Positions 58,091 through 64,000 of a DNA stretch of 64,000 bases are shown one piece after another. The notes beneath the pieces are model-generated. The model searched no databases. It was not told the DNA's origin and saw only the letters and a list, made by a program, of their open reading frames with translations. The stretch is taken from the NCBI GenBank assembly GCA_030390025.1, contig CM059438.1, positions 56,236,001 to 56,300,000 of the forward strand. Reading direction: 5' to 3'. The DNA comes from Squalus acanthias. Its lineage: Eukaryota. The position numbers and the translations under genes were made by a program. How positions within the stretch are numbered: position 1 is the stretch's first letter; each line of letters opens with the position of its first letter.

Positions 58091-60910
58091 AATGATACTG
58101 ACTCTGTGAGTATGATCCTGACTCTGTGAGCATTATACTGACACTGTGAGAATGATACTGACTCTGTGAGAATAATACTGACTCTGTGAGAATGATACTG
58201 ACTCTGTGAACATTATACTGACTCTGTGAGAATGATACTGACTCTGTGAGAATGATACTGACTCTGTGAGAATGATACTGACTCTGTGAGAATGATACTG
58301 ACACTGTGATCATAATACTGACTCTGTGAGAATGATACTGACTCTGTGAGAATGATACTGACTCTGTGAGAATGATACTGACTCTGTGAGAATGATACTG
58401 ATTCTGTGAGAATGATACTGACACTGTGAGAATGATACTGACTCTGTGAACATTATACTGATGCTGTGAGAATGATACTGACTCTGTGAGAATGATACTG
58501 ACACTGTGAGAATGATACTGACACTGTGATCATAATACTGACTCTGTGAGAATGATACTGACTCTGTGAGAATGATACTGACTCTGTGAGTATTATACTG
58601 ACTCTGTGAGCATTATACTGACACTGTGAGAATGATACTGACTCTGTGAGCATTATACTGACTCTGTGAGAATGATACTGATTCTGTGAGCATTATACTG
58701 ACTCTGTGAGCAGTATACTGACTCAGTGAGCATTATACTGACTCTGTGAGCATTATACTGACTCTGTGAGCGTTAACTGACTCTGTGAGAATGATACTGA
58801 TTCTGTGAGCATTATACTGACACTGTGAGCATTATGCTGACAATGTGAGCATTATACGGACACTGTGAGAATGATACTGACACTGTGAGCATTATACTGA
58901 CACTGTGAGAATGATACTGACTCTGTGAGAATTATACTGACACTGTGAGCATTATACTGACACTGTGAGCATTATACTGACACTGTGAGCATTATACTGA
59001 CAATGTGAGCATTATACTGACATTGTGAGCATTATACTGACTCTGTGAGCATTATACTGACTCTGTGAGCATTATACTGACTCTGTGAGCATCAACTGAC
59101 CCTGTGAGCATTATACTGACTCTGTGAGCATTAACTGACTCTGTGAGAATGATACTGACACTGTGAGCATTATACTGACCCTGTGAGCATTAACTGACTC
59201 TGTGAGAATGATACTGACTCTGTGAGCATTATACTGACACTGTGAGCATTAACTGACTCCGTGAGAATGATACTGACACTGTGAGTATGATCCTGACTCT
59301 GTGAGCATTATACTGACACTGTAAGAATTATACTGTCACTGTGAGCATTATACTGACACTGTGAGAATGATACTGACACTGTGAGAATTATACTGACACT
59401 GTGAGAATGATACTGACACTGTGAGCATTATACTGACACTGTAAGAATGATACTGACTCTGTGAGCATTATACTGACTCTGTGAGAATGATACTGATTCT
59501 GTGAGCATTTTACTGACTCTGTGAGGATTATACTGACTCTGTGAGCATTATACTGACTCTGTGATCGTTAACTGACTCTGTGAGAATGATACTGACACTG
59601 TGAGCATTATACTGAGTCTGTGAGCATTATACTGACACTGTGAGCATTATACTGATTCTGTGAGCATTATCCTGACTCTGTGAGCATTATACTGACTGTG
59701 AGCATTATACTGACTCTGTGAGCATTATACTGACTCCGTGAGAATGATACTGACTCTGTGAGTATGATCCTGACTCTGTGAGCATTATACTGACACTGTG
59801 AGAATGATACTGACTCTGTGAGAATAATACTGACTCTGTGAGAATGATACTGACTCTGTGAACATTATACTGACTCTGTGAGAATGATACTGACTCTGTG
59901 AGAATGATACTGACTCTGTGAGAATGATACTGACTCTGTGAGAATGATACTGACACTGTGATCATAATACTGACTCTGTGAGAATGATACTGACTCTGTG
60001 AGAATGATACTGACTCTGTGAGAATGATACTGACTCTGTGAGAATGATACTGATTCTGTGAGAATGATACTGACACTGTGAGAATGATACTGACTCTGTG
60101 AACATTATACTGATGCTGTGAGAATGATACTGACTCTGTGAGAATGATACTGACACTGTGAGAATGATACTGACACTGTGATCATAATACTGACTCTGTG
60201 AGAATGATACTGACTCTGTGAGAATGATACTGACTCTGTGAGTATTATACTGACTCTGTGAGCATTATACTGACACTGTGAGAATGATACTGACTCTGTG
60301 AGCATTATACTGACTCTGTGAGAATGATACTGATTCTGTGAGCATTATACTGACTCTGTGAGCAGTATACTGACTCAGTGAGCATTATACTGACTCTGTG
60401 AGCATTATACTGACTCTGTGAGCGTTAACTGACTCTGTGAGAATGATACTGATTCTGTGAGCATTATACTGACACTGTGAGCATTATGCTGACAATGTGA
60501 GCATTATACGGACACTGTGAGAATGATACTGACACTGTGAGCATTATACTGACACTGTGAGAATGATACTGACTCTGTGAGAATTATACTGACACTGTGA
60601 GCATTATACTGACACTGTGAGCATTATACTGACACTGTGAGCATTATACTGACAATGTGAGCATTATACTGACATTGTGAGCATTATACTGACTCTGTGA
60701 GCATTATACTGACTCTGTGAGCATTATACTGACTCTGTGAGCATCAACTGACCCTGTGAGCATTATACTGACTCTGTGAGCATTAACTGACTCTGTGAGA
60801 ATGATACTGACACTGTGAGCATTATACTGACCCTGTGAGCATTAACTGACTCTGTGAGAATGATACTGACTCTGTGAGCATTATACTGACACTGTGAGCA
60901 TTAACTGACT
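57600..60910. repeat. Tandem duplication of a 1652-bp unit
   Basis: GTAAGAATTATACTGTCAC 57669/59321, ACTCAGTGAG 58721/60373, ORFs 58053/59705. Confidence 0.92.
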
Positions 60911-63900
60911 CTGTGAGAATGATACTGACTCTGTGAGCATTATACTGACTCTGTGAGCATTAACTGACTCTGTGAGAATGATACTGACTCTGTGAGCATT
61001 ATACTGACTCTGTGAGCATTAACTGACTCTGTGAGAATGATACTGACTCTGTGAGCATTATACTGACTCTGTGAGCATTATACTGACTCTGTGAGCATTA
61101 ACTGACTCTGTGAGAATGATACTGACTCTGTGAGCATTATACTGACTCTGTGAGCATTATACTGACTCTGTGAGCATCAACTGACCCTGTGAGCATTATA
61201 CTGACTCTGTGAGCATTAACTGACTCTGTGAGAATGATACTGACACTGTGAGCATTATACTGACACTGTGAGCAATATACTGACACTGTGAGAATGATAC
61301 TGACTCTGTGAGCATTATACTGACTCTGTGAGCATTATACTGACACTGTGAGCATTATACTGACACTGTGAGCATTATACTGACTCTGTGAGAATGATAC
61401 TGACACTGTGAGCATTATACTGACTCTGTGAACATTATACTGACTCTGTGAGAATGATACTGACTCTGTGAGCATTATACTGACTCTGTGAGAATGATAC
61501 TGACTCTGTGAGAATGATACTGACTCTGTGAGAATGATACTGACACTGTGAGAATGATACTGACTTTGTGAGTATTATACTGCCACTGTGAGCATTATAC
61601 TGACAGTGTGAGCATTATACTGACACTGTGAGAATGATACTGACACTGTGAGAATTATACTGACACTATCAGAATGATACTGACACTGTGAGCATTATAC
61701 TGACACTGTGAGCATTATACTGACACTGTGAGAATGATACTGACACTGTGAGCATTATACTGACACTGTGAGAATGATACTGACTCTGTGAGCATTCTAC
61801 TGACTCTGTGAGTATTATACTGACACTGTGAGTATGATCCTGACTCTGTGAGCATTATACTGACACTGTGAGAATGATACTGACTCTGTGAGCATTATAC
61901 TGACACTGTGAGCATTAACTGACTCTGTGAGAATGATACTGACTCTGTGAGCATTATACAGACTCTGTGAGCATTAACTGACTCTGTGAGAATGATACTG
62001 ACTCTGTGAGCATTATACTGACTCTGTGAGCATTAACTGACTCTGTGAGAATGATACTGACTCTGTGAGCATTATACTGACTCTGTGAGCATTATACTGA
62101 CTCTGTGAGTATTAACTGACTCTGTGAGAATGATACTGACTCTGTGAGCATTATACTGACTCTGTGAGCATTATACTGACTCTGTGAGCATCAACTGACC
62201 CTGTGAGCATTATACTGACTCTGTGAGCATTAACTGACTCTGTGAGAATGATACTGACACTGTGAGCATTATACTGACACTGTGAGCAATGTACTGACAC
62301 TGTGAGAATGATACTGACTCTGTGAGCATTATACTGACTCTGTGAGCATTATACTGACACTGTGAGCATTATACTGACACTGTGAGCATTATACTGACTC
62401 TGTGAGAATGATACTGACAGTGTGAGCATTATACTGACTCTGTGAACATTATACTGACTCTGTGAGAATGATACTGACTCTGTGAGCATTATACTGACTC
62501 TGTGAGAATGATACTGACACTGTGAGAATGATACTGACTTTGTGAGTATTATACTGCCACTGTGAGCATTATACTGACAGTGTGAGCATTATACTGACAC
62601 TGTGAGAATGATACTGACACTGTGAGAATTATACTGACACTGTCAGAATGATACTGACACTGTGAGCATTATACTGACACTGTGAGCATTATACTGACAC
62701 TGTGAGAATGATACTGACACTGTGAGCATTATACTGACACTGTGAGAATGATACTTACTCTGTGAGCATTCTACTGACTCTGTGAGTATTATACTGACAC
62801 TGTGAGTATGATCCTGACTCTGTGAGCATTATACTGACACTGTGAGAATTATACTGTCACTGTGAGCATTATACTGACACTGTGAGAATGATACTGACAC
62901 TGTGAGAATTATACTGACACTGTGAGAATGATACTGACACTGTGAGCATTATACTGACACTGTAAGAATGATACTGACTCTGTGAGCATTATACTGACTC
63001 TGTGAGAATGATACTGATTCTGTGAGCATTTTACTGACTCTGTGAGGATTATACTGACTCTGTGAGCATTATACTGACTCTGTGATCGTTAACTGACTCT
63101 GTGAGAATGATACTGACACTGTGAGCATTATACTGAGTCTGTGAGCATTTTACTGACACTGTGAGCATTATACTGATTCTGTGAGCATTATCCTGACTCT
63201 GTGAGCATTATACTGACTGTGAGCATTATACTGACTCTGTGAGCATTATACTGACTCCGTGAGAATGATACTGACTCTGTGAGTATGATCCTGACTCTGT
63301 GAGCATTATACTGACACTGTGAGCATTAACTGACTCTGTGAGAATGATACTGACTCTGTGAGCATTATACAGACTCTGTGAGCATTAACTGACTCTGTGA
63401 GAATGATACTGACTCTGTGAGCATTATACTGACTCTGTGAGCATTAACTGACTCTGTGAGAAAGATACTGACTCTGTGAGCATTATACTGACTCTGTGAG
63501 CATTATACTGACTCTGTGAGCATTAACTGACTCTGTGAGAATGATACTGACTCTGTGAGCATTATACTGACTCTGTGAGCATTATACTGACTCTGTGAGC
63601 ATCAACTGACCCTGTGAGCATTATACTGACTCTGTGAGCATTAACTGACTCTGTGAGAATGATACTGACACTGTGAGCATTATACTGACACTGTGAGCAA
63701 TATACTGACACTGTGAGAATGATACTGACTCTGTGAGCATTATACTGACTCTGTGAGCATTATACTGACACTGTGAGCATTATACTGACACTGTGAGCAT
63801 TATACTGACTCTGTGAGAATGATACTGACAGTGTGAGCATTATACTGACTCTGTGAACATTATACTGACTCTGTGAGAATGATACTGACTCTGTGAGCAT

Positions 63901-64000
63901 TATACTGACTCTGTGAGAATGATACTGACACTGTGAGAATGATACTGACTTTGTGAGTATTATACTGCCACTGTGAGCATTATACTGACAGTGTGAGCAT

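Larger units (their letters stand above)
1..64000. repeat. 20-bp tandem satellite/minisatellite array, consensus WCTGTGAG(CATT/AATG)ATACTGAC, ~3,200 monomers, running off both window edges
   Basis: Every line consists of TCTGTGAGCATTATACTGAC or near-identical variants (e.g. 1-60 is three perfect copies). Variants differ by 1-3 substitutions or 1-2 bp deletions. No intervening unique sequence and no inversion seen. Confidence 0.99.

Noticed and set aside
1086..60305. Minus-strand ORFs of 60-146 aa (MLTESVSFSQSQYHSHRVSI-like repeats)
   Set aside because: They are the three-frame cycling translation of a 20-bp repeat. They open only where variants remove the minus-strand TAA, overlap in different frames, and show no domain or unique flanks. 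The plus strand is closed by recurrent TGA.
1..64000. CRISPR array
   Set aside because: Repeats abut directly with no unique spacers, and there is no leader or cas gene.
1..64000. Telomerase-type terminal repeat or plasmid/viral iteron array
   Set aside because: There is no G-rich strand bias, chromosome end or rep gene, and ordered multi-kb duplicated variant patterns indicate recombinational amplification rather than templated addition. A subtelomeric location cannot be excluded.
1..64000. Synthetic data-encoding DNA or amplification concatemer
   Set aside because: Nested duplications with inherited private SNPs and graded divergence fit natural satellite evolution. A concatemer would have one fixed period with random errors.

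Overview
The whole 64-kb window is one uninterrupted head-to-tail tandem array (satellite/minisatellite DNA) of a 20-bp monomer, consensus [T/A]CTGTGAG[CATT/AATG]ATACTGAC, about 3,200 copies, all in the same orientation. I see no unique sequence, strand switch, gene, RNA gene, transposon or CRISPR spacer. All listed ORFs are by-products of translating the repeat. The real structure lies in the order of monomer variants: fixed variant dimers (39-40 bp), 59- and 138-bp sub-units, local tandem duplications (258, 320, 477, 1352, 1652, 2417 and 3600 bp), and larger duplicated blocks (offsets 8946, about 9913 and 6941 bp on the left; a recurring ~3.5-kb unit on the right). Left and right halves carry different diagnostic variants. 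I do not recognise the satellite family or host; a eukaryotic heterochromatic origin is inferred only from the architecture. All counts and offsets were made by eye and need computational confirmation. I found no support for a novel gene-based system here.
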